DNA of 63,643 bases, counting the filler, from Chiloscyllium plagiosum (lineage: Eukaryota), in the NCBI RefSeq assembly GCF_004010195.1. It is 4 parts of one record of this genome, joined end to end, with 100 filler letters (N's around TTAATTAATTAA, not from the genome) between each part and the next. Parts side by side here need not be neighbours in the genome. Positions count along the whole stretch, not along the records: positions 31,386 to 41,955 come from NC_057710.1; positions 42,056 to 59,503 come from NC_057710.1; 2 more parts are not named here. The stretch is one strand, 5' to 3'. A program made the translations under genes and the position numbers. Below are positions 39,369 to 53,874 of the stretch, piece after piece (positions within the stretch are counted from its first letter, which is position 1; the number at the start of each line of letters is the position of its first letter). Below the pieces are notes generated by a model that was not told the DNA's origin, searched no databases, and saw only the letters and a list, made by a program, of their open reading frames with translations.

Positions 39369-39609
39369 ACATTTTCTGTATTCATGATTCGGAGATGCCA
39401 GTGTTGGACTGGGGTGTACAAAGTTAAAAATCACACAACACCAGGTTATAGTCCAACAGGTTTAATTGGAAGCACACTAGCTTTCGGAGCGACGCTCCTT
39501 CATCAGGACAATCACCTGATGAAGGAGCGTTGCTCTGAAAGCTAGTGTGCTACCAATTAAACCTGTTGGACTATAACCTGGTGTTGTGTGATTTCTAACA
39601 TTTTCTGTA
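39369..39609. mobile_element. Palindromic Penelope-derived insert with 12-bp TSD
   Basis: Inverted arms around 39510; TSD ACATTTTCTGTA at 39369-39380 and 39598-39609. Confidence 0.8.
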
Positions 39610-40482
39610 ATAACTTTCAGAATAACATTACATAGCATTATTCTGTTCAATGTTTACTCTTGAATCAACATCACTGTTAAATAGATTTAATTATCATTAT
39701 TTCCACACTGTAAAGTAATCTAATCTAATCTAAAATTACAAGGCTGTTGTGGGAGGTTGCTGTGCATCCATTGTCTCCCCATTTCCTACATTTCAACAAC
39801 AACTACACTTCAAAAGTTACTTAATTGGCTGTAAAGTGGTTTGAGAGATTATGAGGTCATGAAAGGCTTCATTTAATAGCAAGTGTTTCTTTCCTTTTAA
39901 TGTATAATGCTAGTAAGATTATATGGTATGCTGTTCTTCCTCTGTTATTCACACATAGTATTCCAAACCAATTCACTGTGAATACCTGTAGGATTTTTTT
40001 TCTTCTCCATTCACATGTACTCATCTCTCTTAAAACCTCTTGGCTCTGTGATTCTTGTGATTAGTGACTCATGTTCTGTGATGTTGTCTTGGCTATCACA
40101 CTGTGATGTCAAAACAAGAGAATCTTGACTATCTTGAAAATTTCATATTACCGCAGCGTTCCTTTATTGGGAGCTGATCGAGTGAGAAACCAGGGCAGCA
40201 GTGAGCAACAAGGCTGCCAAAATACTGACCAGCTCAATCAAGTATTGCCTGTCAGCAAATCAGATGTTATGGATCACAGAAATAGGATTGGTTAGCTTGG
40301 ATGGCAATGTAGAGTGATACCAACAGCATGGGTTCAGTTCCTGCAACCAGCTGAGATTACTGTGAAGGACTGTCCTTCTCAGCATCTCCCTGCACCTGAG
40401 GTGTGGTGAACCTCAGGTTAAACTACCACCATCCTGTATCTCTCTAAATAGAGAGCAACTCAATGGTCTGGTAGGATTATGG

Positions 40483-40673
40483 TTACTTTAGTTTAAAAGG
40501 AACAGGAGGATCGACGTTTCGGGCATAAGCCCTTCTTCAGGAAGCTTATGCCTGAAACGTCGATTCTCCTGCTCCTTTCATGCTGCCTGACCTGCTGCGC
40601 TTTTCCAGCAACACATCTTTCGGCTCTGACCTCCAGCATCTGCAGTCCTCACTTTCTCCTTACTTTAGTTTAA
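40483..40673. mobile_element. Palindromic Penelope-derived insert with 14-bp TSD
   Basis: TSD TTACTTTAGTTTAA at 40483-40496 and 40660-40673. Confidence 0.8.
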
Positions 40674-40937
40674 GTATGGAATGTAAATGAGCAAGATATT
40701 TGATAAAGCAAGTCAACAGCATCGCTTGAGAAGGTAGTTTGTTACATTTGCATCATTAGCTACAACAGGCTGTGAACGGTACATGATCACTTTACAGCCA
40801 ATGAAATAGCTTTTGAAGTGTACTCAGTGTTGTAATGTAATAAATGTTACTGCCAACATTGGAATAGCAAGATCCAAACAACACCAATTAAATAAGGACC
40901 ATATAATTTGAGTTTCTTGTGATGTTGGTTGACTGTT

Positions 40938-41120
40938 CAGTCGGTTCTGCTCTAACATGTGTTTGTTCAAAACGAATTGGCTTTAATGTGATTGAAGAAT
41001 TTACACTGTTACTTTCCTTACCTGTGTTGGCTACATTGCAATTCTGGCCCCATTAAGTTAAATGGCGCGGCTGTTGCGTCATTTTCCTATAACGCGAGCA
41101 CACAAGATCAGAACTGACTG
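40938..41120. mobile_element. Short MITE-like DNA transposon (Tc1/mariner-type termini)
   Basis: TIRs CAGTCGGTTCTG (40938-40949) and CAGAACTGACTG (41109-41120), 1 mismatch; TA on the right flank. Confidence 0.55.
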
Positions 41121-41667
41121 TACTTGACATTGAGGGTAACCAACTGCAGAAAGTGGCAGAGGAGAGGATATTCCACTTAAATTCTTTGATCAGACGAAAA
41201 TGTATTTGAAAAGGAAAGATGCATTCCAAAAGCAACTAAACAGTGCTCACAACAGGGGAATATTGAAAGCCTCAATGTTTTCATCTACTATGTTTTCAAA
41301 GTCTTCCACTGTGGAAGGACATCAGAAAGTAAATCAATTGTATTAAACATTTTGAAACTGTGTCATAGCAACCCAGAAAAAGTAAGAAAGTGACCACAGT
41401 CTTTGTGGACTATAGGAATAAGAAACAGCTGTCTGAAACATTGCTTGCAATTTAGAATAAGTAACAAGAGAGTTGAGATGTAAGGGTTTTAGATTCCTTT
41501 GAACAATGCACGCATTATGTAATAATAACTATGTTATCAACTATGAATCTACTGTGGATTACCACTCAACTGCTCCATAATAATCATTAATCTGTCAGTG
41601 TGGATGCAGTCAGACAGCAGCTGCATGAATTATGTCCATTGTGGTTTGCAAATCGTATTCAAGTATT

Positions 41668-41955
41668 TGGATTAGTGGTGCTGGAAGAGCACAGCAGTTC
41701 AGGCAGCATCCAAGGAGCTTTGAAATCGACGTTTCAGGCAAAAGCCCTTCATCAGGAATAAAGGCAGAGAGCCTGAAGCGTGGAGAGATAAGCTAGGGGA
41801 GGGTGGGGGTGGGGAGAGAGTAGCATAGAGTACAATGGGTGAGTGGGGGAGGGGATGAAGGTGATAGGTCAGGGAGGAGAGGGTGGAGTGGATAGGTGAA
41901 AAAGGAGATAGGCAGTCCGGACAAGTCATGGGGACAGTGCTGAGCTGGAAGTTTG
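41668..41955 (-). mobile_element. Penelope-like element end running into a gap
   Basis: ggattagtggtgctggaagagcacagcagttcaggcagcatcc...cccttcatcagg; same family on the opposite strand at 59604-59770. Confidence 0.75.
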
Positions 41956-42055
41956 NNNNNNNNNNNNNNNNNNNNNNNNNNNNNNNNNNNNNNNNNNNNT
42001 TAATTAATTAANNNNNNNNNNNNNNNNNNNNNNNNNNNNNNNNNNNNNNNNNNNN

Positions 42056-42883
42056 GGATATAGATAAGCTGCAGTGCTGGGCAGAAAGGTGGCAAATGGA
42101 ATTTAATGTAGCTAAGTGTGAGGTGATTCACTTTGGTAAGAGTAATAAAAAGATGGGGTACTGGGCTAACGGTCGGTTACTTGGTAGTGTGGATGAGCAG
42201 AGGGGTCTTGGTGTCCATGTACACAAATCTTTGAAAGTTGCCACCCAGGTAAATAGTGCGGTGAAGAAGGCATATGGCGTACTGGCTTTTATTGGTAGAG
42301 GAATTGAGTTCCGGAGCCCTTAGGTCATGTTGCAGTTGTATAAGACTCTGGTGCGTCCGCATCTGGAGTATTGTGTGCAGTTTTGGTCGTCATATTATAG
42401 GAAGGATGTGGAGGCACTGGAACGGGTGCAGAGGAGGTTTACCAGGATGTTGCCTGGTATGGTAGGAAGATCGTATGAGGAAAGGCTGAGGCACTTGGGG
42501 TTGTTTTCATTGGTGGAAAGAAGGTTTAGGGGTGACTTGATAGAGGTGTATAAGATGATTAGGGGTTTAGATAGGGTCGACAGTGAGAATCTTTTTCCTC
42601 GTATGGAGTCAGCTATTACAAGGGGGCATAGCTTTAAATTAAGGGGGGGTAGGTATAGGACAGATGTTAGGGGTAGGTTCTTTACTCAGCGAGTCGTGAG
42701 TTCATGGAATGCCCTGCCAGTAGCAGTGGTGGACTCTCCCTCATTATGGGCATTTAAGCGGGCATTGGATAGGCATATGGAGGATAGTGGGCTAGTGTAG
42801 GTTAGGTGGGCTTGGATCGGCGCAACATCGAGGGCCGAAGGGCCTGTACTGTGCTGTATTCTTCTATGTTCTATGTTCTATGT
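42056..42883 (+). mobile_element. Young CR1 LINE 3' portion
   Basis: Nearly intact RT C-terminus (LYKTLVRPHLEYCVQFW...FFTQRVVSSWNALP), CpG-rich, (ttctatg)n tail. Confidence 0.93.
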
Positions 42884-43689
42884 ACTGAAAAGGCAAGCAA
42901 CTGAGTGCAGTCTTTGATGCAATCCCTGATTTCTCATACCTCAAGGTAATGTGCACACCCAACATTAAATTCACTCATTTAAATTTTAGCTCAAGGCCAG
43001 AAATATTATTATTGCCTCAGACATTTTTAAACATAAGTTCTTTATGGTTAATTATGGGGATCACTTTAAAAGTGTCCTTCTAGAATTGCATGCAAGATGA
43101 TGAAAAAAACCATGTAGGCCTGCTAGAAAAATCAGCATAGATCAAAACATAAGGCCATAAGACATGGGAGCAGAAATTAGGCCATTCAGCCCATTGAGAC
43201 TGTTCCACCATTCATTCATTGACGATGTTTCTCAACCCCATTCTCCCACTTTCTCCCTGTAACTCTTGACAATCAAAAACCTATCTATCTCCACCTTAAA
43301 TACATTAAATGACTTGGCCTCCACAACCTTCTGTGGCAGTGAATTCTGTGTTTACAAACAAAAACAGAAATTGCTGAAAAATCTCAGCAGATTTGACAGC
43401 AGCTGTGGAGAGAAAATCAGAGTTAAAGTTTTAGGTTCAGTGCCTTTTTTTTAGAACTCAAAATGTTTACGTACAAATGGGATCACTGAACGGGAAAGCT
43501 AAGTCACTGGATTTAAATAGATAACAAAACATCACATCACTGTACAGTGGTTGTTTAAAAACCATAAAGATCTGAAATTGTCATTATACTCTCCCGGAAC
43601 ACATAACTATAATGGCAAATTTCATGTAAGACTGAACATTAATGGAGTCTGAAACTAGGCAATGGAACAGAAAAATGATCAAATACTAT

Positions 43690-44165
43690 AACATAGAACA
43701 CCTTCCATCTGGGTGTATCAAGGCTTGGAAAGGCAAGTGCTCTCTCCAGGTCTGTAAAAAATAAACTAGAGCATTGTGAACACAGCCCAGACCATCATGC
43801 AAGCCAACCTCCCATCCATTGACTCCATCTACACTTCTCATTACCGTGGAAAGGCAGCCACAATCATCAAAAACCCCTCCCAACCTGGATATAAACTCTT
43901 CCATCAGGTAGAAGATACAGAAGCTTAAACACACATACCAACAGGTTCAAGAACTGATTCTTCCTTGATGTTATTCTGAATGCAACTCTCCAATTTCAAA
44001 TCTAATGTTGATTTTGCTTTAATGCACCTCTTGTGCAGCCATAATCTTGTATGCCCTTCTCTGAATAAACAAGTCCTTGTACGTTAGGATCTGCCTGTAT
44101 TGCATGCAAAACAAAACTTTTCACTGTACTTAGGTACATGTGACAACAATAAATCAAATCAAATC
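43690..44165 (+). mobile_element. Rex1-like non-LTR 3' fragment
   Basis: Similar to the 16800-17100 region; ends acaataaatcaaatcaaatc. Confidence 0.65.
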
Positions 44166-46319
44166 CCATATACTGAAAGAAAATTGGATACCTATCCAAG
44201 TTTGTCAGCTTTCATTTGAAGTCTGAGCACACAAGGTCAGGTGAAATGTTATGCTGATAATTAATCCACGCTGTCAATCAAAAATGATTTTTTTTTAAAA
44301 AATGACACAAATGTGGTCAAAGACTGCAAGGATGATTTCACAGAAACCTTTGTGCCATCCAATGCAATTAGAATATTTCCTAAACTTTCGCAAACACGCA
44401 AACTGTCAGGAGTAATTCCAGGTAATGACCACCCTCAACTTCCATGGCTCCACCTTCATCCTAGCTCACAAAAGAATGATGTGCTAACTGAGCCAAATTT
44501 ATAGATATAGATAACTGACGTATTATTTTTAGCATGCCTGTCATCTCCATGACTTTTCCCACTGTAATATCAAGGCACCATAAGATTAACTTTAACTTAT
44601 TGTTGTGCTTCTCAAAAATAGTAGCATTATTAATGTCACACCACTAGTGCCCCTCTGCATCACAATAAAGATTCTCATAAGCAAAGAAATGATATCTATA
44701 TCACATTATGTAGCTTGTCTGTGATAAGGAACAAGACTTTCTGCAAATCAATGATTGCTTCCCAGGCAGCAGTGATGGATCATCAGTCATTAACCCAATG
44801 TCTCAGGCTGTTAGATAATTGGCTGGTTAGCTCAGTTGGCTGGATGACTGCTAAGCGATACCAATAACAAGGGTTCAGCTCCCAACATTGTCTGAGGTTT
44901 ACCATGAAGGACTCTAGTTCTCAACTTCTTCTCTCACTCTGACCCTCAGATTAAATTGCCACTAGTTGTGACTCTATCTAATGAAGGAACAGCCTATGGA
45001 GTTACTTTTTTATTAGATACCATTAATGTGCCATCCTGTTACACATTTGCTTCAAGGCTTCAGAGTGTTAGAGATAGAGAACTCTATAGACCTCCTTATC
45101 CTCTGCTGCTCACCTCTTGGGAGACAACTGACAGAATTTGCAGCATCTTTATATCCATCTGATGTAATCGTGTTGCTGGATATGTTAATTCTGGTAGTCA
45201 AAGTACTTAAGCAAGCTTTATTTTGTATTATTTTTGCCATTGCAATCCATTTTGTTTTCAAGTTGATTTTTCAGTACTGGTTCTGCTTCCATTTCACTGG
45301 TTTATGTGGAGATCAGCAGCAGTCAGAACTTATGGTCAAGTGCACATGTGTTCTCAGAGGCTCTACACTTAGGATCTGGCTTTGCATATCTAATTAACAA
45401 CCAAAGTGGAAGCTCGGGAGGGGATTTTGATGAAAAACAAGACCAGCATATCTTCCCTGAACACCATTCCACTTCAAGATGGCAAATTGGAAATTATGTC
45501 ACTTAAAATATATATGTATCTTAAAATATATATAAATGATGCACAACTACGTTGACAGTAGTTAATGATATTTGCTTAGTTTGTGCATTTGACTAACATA
45601 ATTAACTTGTAAACTACCACTACTGCATTATAAATGACAATTTTAATGGGCAGAAAGTCATGAATTAGCGCTATTAGAGGGACATCACCCCAGGGGATTA
45701 TTATATAAAATTGTACTCTTATTTTCTATGATGCACAATGTCATTTTGATGCTATGCTTAAGTAATATATATGTATTATATAGAGATTACTAGCATAACC
45801 TTTTCAGATCTGCAGCCCAAAATCTTGAGTAAAATTTTATATTCATTTTTTTAAGAGGAAACTGGCCTAGCTTAAAGCAGGTTTTAAAGGATATTGAAAC
45901 AATTATCTGAAAATCCGAGGACGCAAAGGTTGCTAACCTGCTGTGTGGTCTGTGGAAAATAGTTTGAAGAACACCACAGGATATACAGGATAATAAAACA
46001 ATGGTATAGTCTCACAGTTGGCAGCAAAGTGATTAATTCTGTTTAGAAACAGGACTTCATGATTTATTGCTGTCAGAAGGAATGAGTTTTTCTGTGCTAA
46101 TTATTTCCATTAGTGCACCGAATACTGAGATTTTAGATCAGCAACCTTACAACTGTTAATATGTCCCAACATATCTGAACACATGCTAATGACAGCACAG
46201 CGCTTTGTATTGGAGCTAATATATATATATGGCTATCTTTGCTAGGTCTCAAGACTGTTTTCACTCTTCTCCTTGTTTTAATTAGCTCGAAAAATCTGTT
46301 ACCTCAAAGGAGGTCACAT

Positions 46320-46700
46320 TTTTATCCACTCATGGAACATAGGCGTTACAGGTGGCCAGCACTTATTGGCTATCCCGAGCTGCCATTGAACTGAGTGCTT
46401 TGCTCATCCATTTCAGAGGATGGTTGAGAGTCAACCACAATACTGTGGGTCTGGAATTCCATGTAGGCCAGACCAGGTAAGGATGGCAGTTTCCTACCCT
46501 GAAGGGCATTAGTAAACCAGATGTTATTTTCCTGACAATCGACAAAGGTTTCACATTTATCAGTAGATTCTTAATTCTAGAGTTTTATTGAATTCAAATT
46601 CCATGATCTGCCATAGTCAGATTTGAACCTGTCTCACCAGAACATGAGCAGCTTTTCTGGATTAATAGTCCAGCAGTATTGCCATCAGACCATTGCCTTC
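46320..46700 (-). mobile_element. SINE of a second shark family (related copies ~52020-52360 and 56345-56480 plus 57662-57885)
   Basis: Shared core gagtcaaccac...tgtgggtctgga...ccagaccaggtaaggatggcag. Confidence 0.7.
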
Positions 46701-47004
46701 CGCATATACTTGATTTAAAGTGTGCCCTACCCTTGTTTGTTTCTTTCAAAGCATGGATATTAATGGTGAAAGCAAGAAAATTGAAATCAGGGAAACACAG
46801 ATCTATAGTACCAGTCTGGACCACGGGTGTTAATGAGTTATCCTCTTTTGGTTTAATCTAACTATTTTTATTTCTTCGGTGATGAGACAAACTGAAGATC
46901 TGAATGAATCATATTGGACTTGAAATGTTAACCCTATTTCTCTGATCACAGATGCTGCCAGACCTGCTGAGTTTCTCCAGCATTTTCTGTGTTTATGTTA
47001 CTAG

Positions 47005-47335
47005 CCCTCCAATCTACCTTGTATTGACCACTGACTTTTGCTTTCAGAGGTTCACTCTGGAAAAGCAGTAATGCCAATACTTCATCTTTTGTGTGTAATG
47101 TTCTAATCATTGCATGTTTTCCTGCCCATTCTCTCATTTTTGCGCACCAAATTTTCAAATGCTCTTCTGCTGCTTTACATGCTACTGTGAGTCTTTCCAA
47201 AACATGGACACCAAACTGAACACTGAGAGTTCAACTTTGCGCTTTGAAAACTTTTTCTTGGTCAATTTTAATGGATCCTTTGCAATATATTCCAGACAAG
47301 TTCCCAAACTTTTTCATGACTCATTGGAGTAGTAC
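47005..47335 (-). mobile_element. Gypsy integrase C-terminal relic; LTR-like sequence follows at ~47440-48230
   Basis: RLTVACKAAEEHLK...KMREW...DEVLALLLFQSEPLKAKVSGQYKV resembles the Gypsy GPY/F region. Confidence 0.6.
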
Positions 47336-49559
47336 GCTGGATATCAAGCCCTAGTATTGCCAGAATCATCACCATATAATCATAGATTTATACAGCACAG
47401 AAATGATTTCATCAAACTATCCTAAGTCTCCAATATACCTGACTGACAAACTTAGGTTAAAATAAAATGATCACGAGGTTTCTGTACTTAACAAGGAAAT
47501 ATTTATTTATTACCAGCAAATTATCTTTAATCAATGGCAAATAGGAAGTAGGAATTTTTAGCTTATAACACTGCATCTTAAACTCTACCTCTCACATACA
47601 GGCAGACAACGAGAAGGCAAGATATAGATATCAAAGATGGGAAGAAAAGAAAATCGGGGGAACACAGTTTGATTACACCAGTAGGGATCAAAACTTGATT
47701 AGTTGTTCCTTTTCCTTTGCTGATGAGACAAGGTTATTTGACACCAATGCCATCTTTTATTTATTGTTTGAGGATTTGCCTTTCTTTTTAAGAGTTTCTG
47801 AAGGTGATTTTCCATTTTCCATTTGAACAAGGGAATTGGCAGATAAAGGGAGTGGGAGGCAGCTAGCTGTTACTGGAGACTTTCCTGTACCTCCACACAG
47901 GAGAGAGAAAGACTCACGCCGATTTTTGATGCTTCCATTTTGCAGGTTCGGTATTCCTGTTGCACCATCTCAAAATAAACCTGGTCAGGGGCCAATCAAA
48001 ACATTGTTTCAAGCAATTGTCCCCTAGTTCAGAACCCATCAGCACCCTTCCATTTGCTTTCTCTCCTGTTCTTCCTGGAACAGGCATCATTGTATGTGAT
48101 GCATACTGTGCTCCAGTGAACATGATTTTAAAAACTGCAGCTATCTTTTTACGCAGTGTCTTTGGTTGAAACAATATCTCCCTTTTTTAGTCCACAGTTC
48201 AAAAATAAAGTAAATTTTTAAAATGTGGTATTTACAAGTAAACAAATCTAGGCACTTTTACTGTAGTATCCATCATGCCATCATCCCGAGTTACTGAACC
48301 ATTATTATCACTCGAGGCAAACATTGACAAAACGATCAGGTTTACAACCTTCCAAAAATATCCGACAAAAGAAGATTCTACAAATATCATGCCATTTGTT
48401 ACTAAAGTCTTGCTTAAGTTGAACCAATTTCTGTTTATTTTTTAAATTTTTGCCTCAAGTGCATTGTTATTTTTTGAACTGAGCTATGAATTAAACCAAT
48501 TCATCACAAGTTGCATTTGTGCATACCAAGCATATACAAATTTAATGATTTTTACTTTATATGCTGTTGTGTTAAGTTGTTGACCTAATTCTACAACTTC
48601 ATTGCTGTATCTCTAATGCAAAACTGGTGAACCCTCAAACAATAAAACAAAATAGCTAAAAAATAACTGTTTGCAATTTCTGTATGAAGATCCCAAGGTT
48701 TTCCTGCCAGTGTTATAGTGTGAGACCAATAAATTACTTTTGAACTTCCAAAGCTCTTTATGAAGCTGATTTTTGAACTGTGCCAGGTAAAATGTAATTA
48801 TATTGCATTACCTCATAAGGTCACTTTTCTAGTGATGATGCAATAATTTCTCTGAAAGTAAAAGCAGATAAATTGTACAAAGCAGGGGTCTGTTCATTGT
48901 TAAAAGTCCCATCATTTATTCTACTTGTATTGTTACTTCAGTCATTTTAATACTTAATGAATATGATGCATGGTCAAAAATAATCAGTCAGATTGAGACA
49001 ACTTAGCACAGAGGAGAGCTATTGCCTGTTTTCTAAAGAATCAAAGCCAAACTCATCATTTTTCAGATTTATAATGGCAAAAGAGATCAAAATAATGAAG
49101 AGACCTTGAGAACATTTTAGGTTCATCAGCAGAGAATGTAGTATTATTTCTTTGAGTTTGTTAAAAAGGATTAATTACTTGTGACAATATTGTTTTTGAC
49201 AGCATCAGTATTATATCTTCATTTATTTACTTTAAAAACACATTTTTATGATTCTATGTTCTATGATTCCTTGTTCTCCAGGATAAACTTTCTCTATCTC
49301 TCTGAGTTGCTAATTCTGACCAATTTGATGAAGTGCATATCACTCTGTAGAAGTAGGATTGAACTTCTATTAAGTTAACTGTGGCCCAGATCTTCTGGTG
49401 TCAGTAAATTGAAGACTAGACTGTATCTAACATTTTACATGTCAGGACGTCTAGGAAATCCGGATGCTTCAACCATTGTGAGAATTGCTTGGAAAATTTA
49501 AACTTCCAAAGGGCCATTATCCAGCATCTGGAATTCTCCAAAAAATGTCTCCAACACTG

Positions 49560-50310
49560 ACTTGGAGTTGGATGCTTCAAATATTAATATTTCCAATTCT
49601 CCAGTCTTCTAGCAATACTCTGAGTTTAAGGCAGGCTAAAAATCTATGGTCAGTGCCTTTGCAATATATACTGAGATTTCCAAGTATCCTTGGATGCATT
49701 CCATTTGGTCCAGTGACTTGTTCACATTAGGTACAGACAGCTTATGTGATACTCCCTCCTTATCAACTTTGAACCTTTCAAGTGACTGGGTTTCCTCTTC
49801 TGTCACCATGGCCTGGAAAGCATCTGCTTCTTTGGTAAAGACAAATGCAAGATATTTCCTCAATAATTCAGTGTTGCTCAATTGGCTGGATAGCTAGTTT
49901 GCAATGCAGTGTAATGCCAATAGTGTGGGCTCAACTGCTGTGGTTACAGTGAAGGAGAGCCCTTCATAGCCTCTTTTCTTGTCTGAGACATGGTGACCTA
50001 TACTAGTAACCTTGGTCTAATGAAAGAGCAGCCTTATCATCCAGTAAGACAGTGACGACTTTATTATTGATGTACCTCTTGAAGAGTCTGGAATTTCACT
50101 TTTATGCTAGTTATGAGTTTTATTTTCATAAATCCCCTTTGCTTCCATTAATAGCTTTTTCACCTCTTTTCTGAACCTTCTGTATTTGGCTTGGTTCTCA
50201 ATAGTATTTTCTATCTGATACCTTCTATGAGCATATATTTTCATCTTAATCTTGATTCTATCTCTGTTATCATCCAGGGGGATCTGCATTGTTTTCCCTA
50301 CCCTTTTTCT
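49560..50310 (-). mobile_element. CR1 ORF2 linker/RT fragments
   Basis: YLAFVFTKE, ENQAKYRRFRKEVKK; same family as 19900-20600. Confidence 0.75.
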
Positions 50311-53300
50311 TTGAAAACAAAACAAAGACATGTGGATGCTGGAAATCAGAAACAAAATCAGAAGTTGCTAGAAAAGCTCAGTAGGTCTGTCAGCATCTGT
50401 GGAGAGAAAGCAAAGTTTTGGGTCCCGTGACCACTTTTCAGAACTAGAAACTCTTCTAGTTTGACCAAGATGTGGTTGTCTTCTAATATCTTACACGAAG
50501 CAGGCCCTGTAATTTATTTTGCTTAAAGAGCATACAGCTGCAAACTTCACCACGAGCAGCAGCGTATATAGCATAGCAGTCTGGCCTACCCACCAATCAT
50601 TCAAATGAACAGGTGGTACAGCAATAAGCAGGCAGCACATTGCTGGTATGTTGCCTGTTTATAATGAACAGCTAGTGCAGATTCATCATGTATTGTGATC
50701 CCCTTTCCCATTTCCCCTTTCATTGCCTTCAAAATAGGAAAGGGAAGAATAGTCAAATAATCTGGGAAAAGTATGTTCATAGGTATTAAGAAGAAATTAG
50801 TTTACCAAAAACTCCAAACTTCTGAGTCAATTAAAAATCACACAGTTTTCACATTCAACAGAAACAGTTCTATAAAACGTTTTAAAAAGTAGTTTGGTAA
50901 CACAGGTAATTTGATTATATTTTTAAGAGGAGCTGTCATTTGAATCTCTAAATTTGTTAGTGAAAATAAGTCTGTAGTACACTTGCACGGAACATAAGAA
51001 TCATTTAACATTTTTAAAAGTATTCATTGTTGTTTTATAAATATTTTTTCTGTTGTTTCTAAAATAGAGATTTATCCTTGAGTGGAGTAGCCTAGAGAAT
51101 GATTAAGTCTGACTTAAAGGCAAAATTGATTCAAGTGCACATATTTCCCATTGGTTTCTATGGCATTGAATTCCTGTTTAATCTTGATTATTTTTCTCAT
51201 GCATGGGATTTGATTTTGTGTTGCAGTGCACCTAGAAGATCTAAGGTGACCTTGTACTCTCTGTTTATGCACCACAAACCATTAATCATTCATTAATGGC
51301 CTAAATCACCTGACTTAAGTCTGTTCCCAGTGAAGTATCTCACAATTTGTTTTGGCCTTCAAATGCACTTTATCGTGTTTCCTACTTGAAAGCAAGTGGT
51401 TGGAGCAGATAACTTGATGTACTCATTTTCAGGGTTCCTATAGCAACACTGTAAATTTCTATACAGCTCAGAGTATTTGGAAGACCTTGTTGTTGTGCAG
51501 ATTCAATTGAATGGTCTTTGAAGGTAGCAATATCATGGGACAAACATCAAAATGGGAAGTAATGCATGTGTTGTTTACTGAGTCTGTTGTTTGCCAAAGT
51601 TAAATTGTGAGTAATCACTAAGAGAGCAAGTCAATCAAGATAGAGTGACAACTCAGTTGTCCCTTAAGTGTTGTTAGTTCATTTTGTCCTATTTTACATC
51701 TGTCAATTTCTTGCCCTATTTTCATTCCACTGATTATCGGTGGTTCATACCTTATCTAATGCTAGACAGCCCAAGGCCCTTCCAAGGAAGAATTCAAATG
51801 CCTTCTGAAAAATATCTTGACTGTTCTTCAAAAGGTTTTCCCAACATGTAAAACAGGAAAGAACTTCCTTCTGTATCTGTAACCCTAACTCTTAGGCACT
51901 GCAGTAGCACTTCTGCAATCTAAGATCAAAAATTCTTAAAGAATATGAGTGAGTTTAAACGTTTTGAATTCAGTTGAAAAATATTTAGTATTTGAATGAA
52001 ATGCAAGATAAATTTTGGATACTTTTTTATATTCATTCATGGGATGTGGGTGCTGCTGTCTAGCTTTTAAGCCAGTTAAGAGTCAACCACATTGCTGTGG
52101 ATCTGGAGTTTCATATATACCAGACCAGATGGGGACAGCAGATTTCCTTTACCTAAAGGTCATTAGTGAATCAAATAAGTTGTTACCATCGATAATGGTT
52201 ACATGTTCTCCTTTAGGCTAACTTTGTAACTCCAGATTTACATTGAATTCAAATTTTGCCACCTGCCATGGTGAGATTCGAACTTTGTCCCTAGGATATT
52301 AATCTGAGATTTGTGAATTACTAATCCAATGGCATTGCCCCGACACCACCACCTCCCCAAACATGAAGAAAATCTGCTGATGTTTTCACAACCCACTATT
52401 GAATAATAAAGTGGTTAAAGCATTAGTTGTAGTTGACAGAATAGTTTTTAAAGGACGCTACAGAAGATCTAGTGCTGTTCCGGATATTGGAAAGCAAGAA
52501 GGTGATACTCTGGAAATCCGTAATATGAAGAAAATATAGAGTGATAGAATCATACAGTACAGAAGAGACTCTTTGGCCCATTGAGTCTGCCAAAAATACA
52601 CAAATATCAACAATAGTCTCACTTTCCTGCACGAGTTCCATAATCTTGCATGTTATGACATTTCAAATGCTCATTCAGGTACTTTTTAAAGGTTGTGAGT
52701 TTTTCCCCAACACCCTCTGGGTGAAAACATTCTTTAAATCCCTCTCTAAACCTACTGACTTTACTTTCAAAGTATAATTTTTAAAAAATCTTATTGAAAA
52801 TATCTATTTGCTAAAATAAATCATTTTTATCGCTAGAAGTTAGAGCGTCATTAGTTATACAGTCTGAGGATCTTTGGATAAAACCGTCATGTTTCATGCA
52901 GAATGAACTTCCTCAATTACAATGCAATCGTTAATAAAATCACATGTTCAGAGGCATCAGGGAAAATGATAGGAGGAGAAAAATCAGAAGATTGGAATGT
53001 AGCTGTGATCTAATTGCCAACAAAACACCTATCATGAGAATGATCTTTTTGTTTTCATTTTTATTCACGGGGAAGCAGCTATGCTTCACTATTAATGTTG
53101 ACAATCAAAACACTGATACAGTGTGGAAGGTTATGGTGCCACCAGGAATAGATCAATCAGACAGACTTTCATGGGAGATCATATGATCTGAATGGCCACA
53201 ACCACTATAGATAGTGACTTAAGTTATCTACAGGGATTTCAAATCTAGGACCAAAATCAACAAACTAGGGAACATTTCTCAAACTAAAACAATGAAGTAA

Positions 53301-53874
53301 TGTTTCCTCAGTTCTGTCTGGGCTACATTTCCTGAATCATAGATTTTGTTTAATTTTTTACTGAACAATTACACATGGAACCTTCAACAGACTGGACAAT
53401 CTACTTCAAGATAACTGCACCCAGCTTATCTGTTTCAGGAAAAGTTCTGCAAATTTTCTGTCTGATGACATGAGGATTATAGATGTCAATAATAAACATC
53501 CTCTTACATTGCACTGACTGTGGCAAGCTACTTTCCATCCTATCATTGCCACTATTACCTGTTGCTGCTCACTGATAGTTTCATCACATGCAAGTCCCTC
53601 AAACTCATTATCTGAGCCAATATCTCAGTTGGTGCCTGGACAGATTGACAGAAGTGCATCCTCAGCAGTACAAGACCTCTCAGGTTAGAGTCATAGAGAC
53701 ATACAGCATAGAAACAGACCCTTTAGTCCAACTTGTTCATGCTGATCAAACATCCCAATCTGACTGAATCCTTTTTGCCAGCATTTGACAATTATCCCTC
53801 CAAACCCTTCCCATTCACTTATCCATCCAAATCCCTTCTAAATGTGTCAAGAAGAGCCTAGAGTAAAGATCTAG

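Noticed and set aside
41063..41070. E2F-like TGGCGCGG as an MCIDAS promoter site
   Set aside because: Lies inside a MITE-like element, with no CpG island or first exon nearby.
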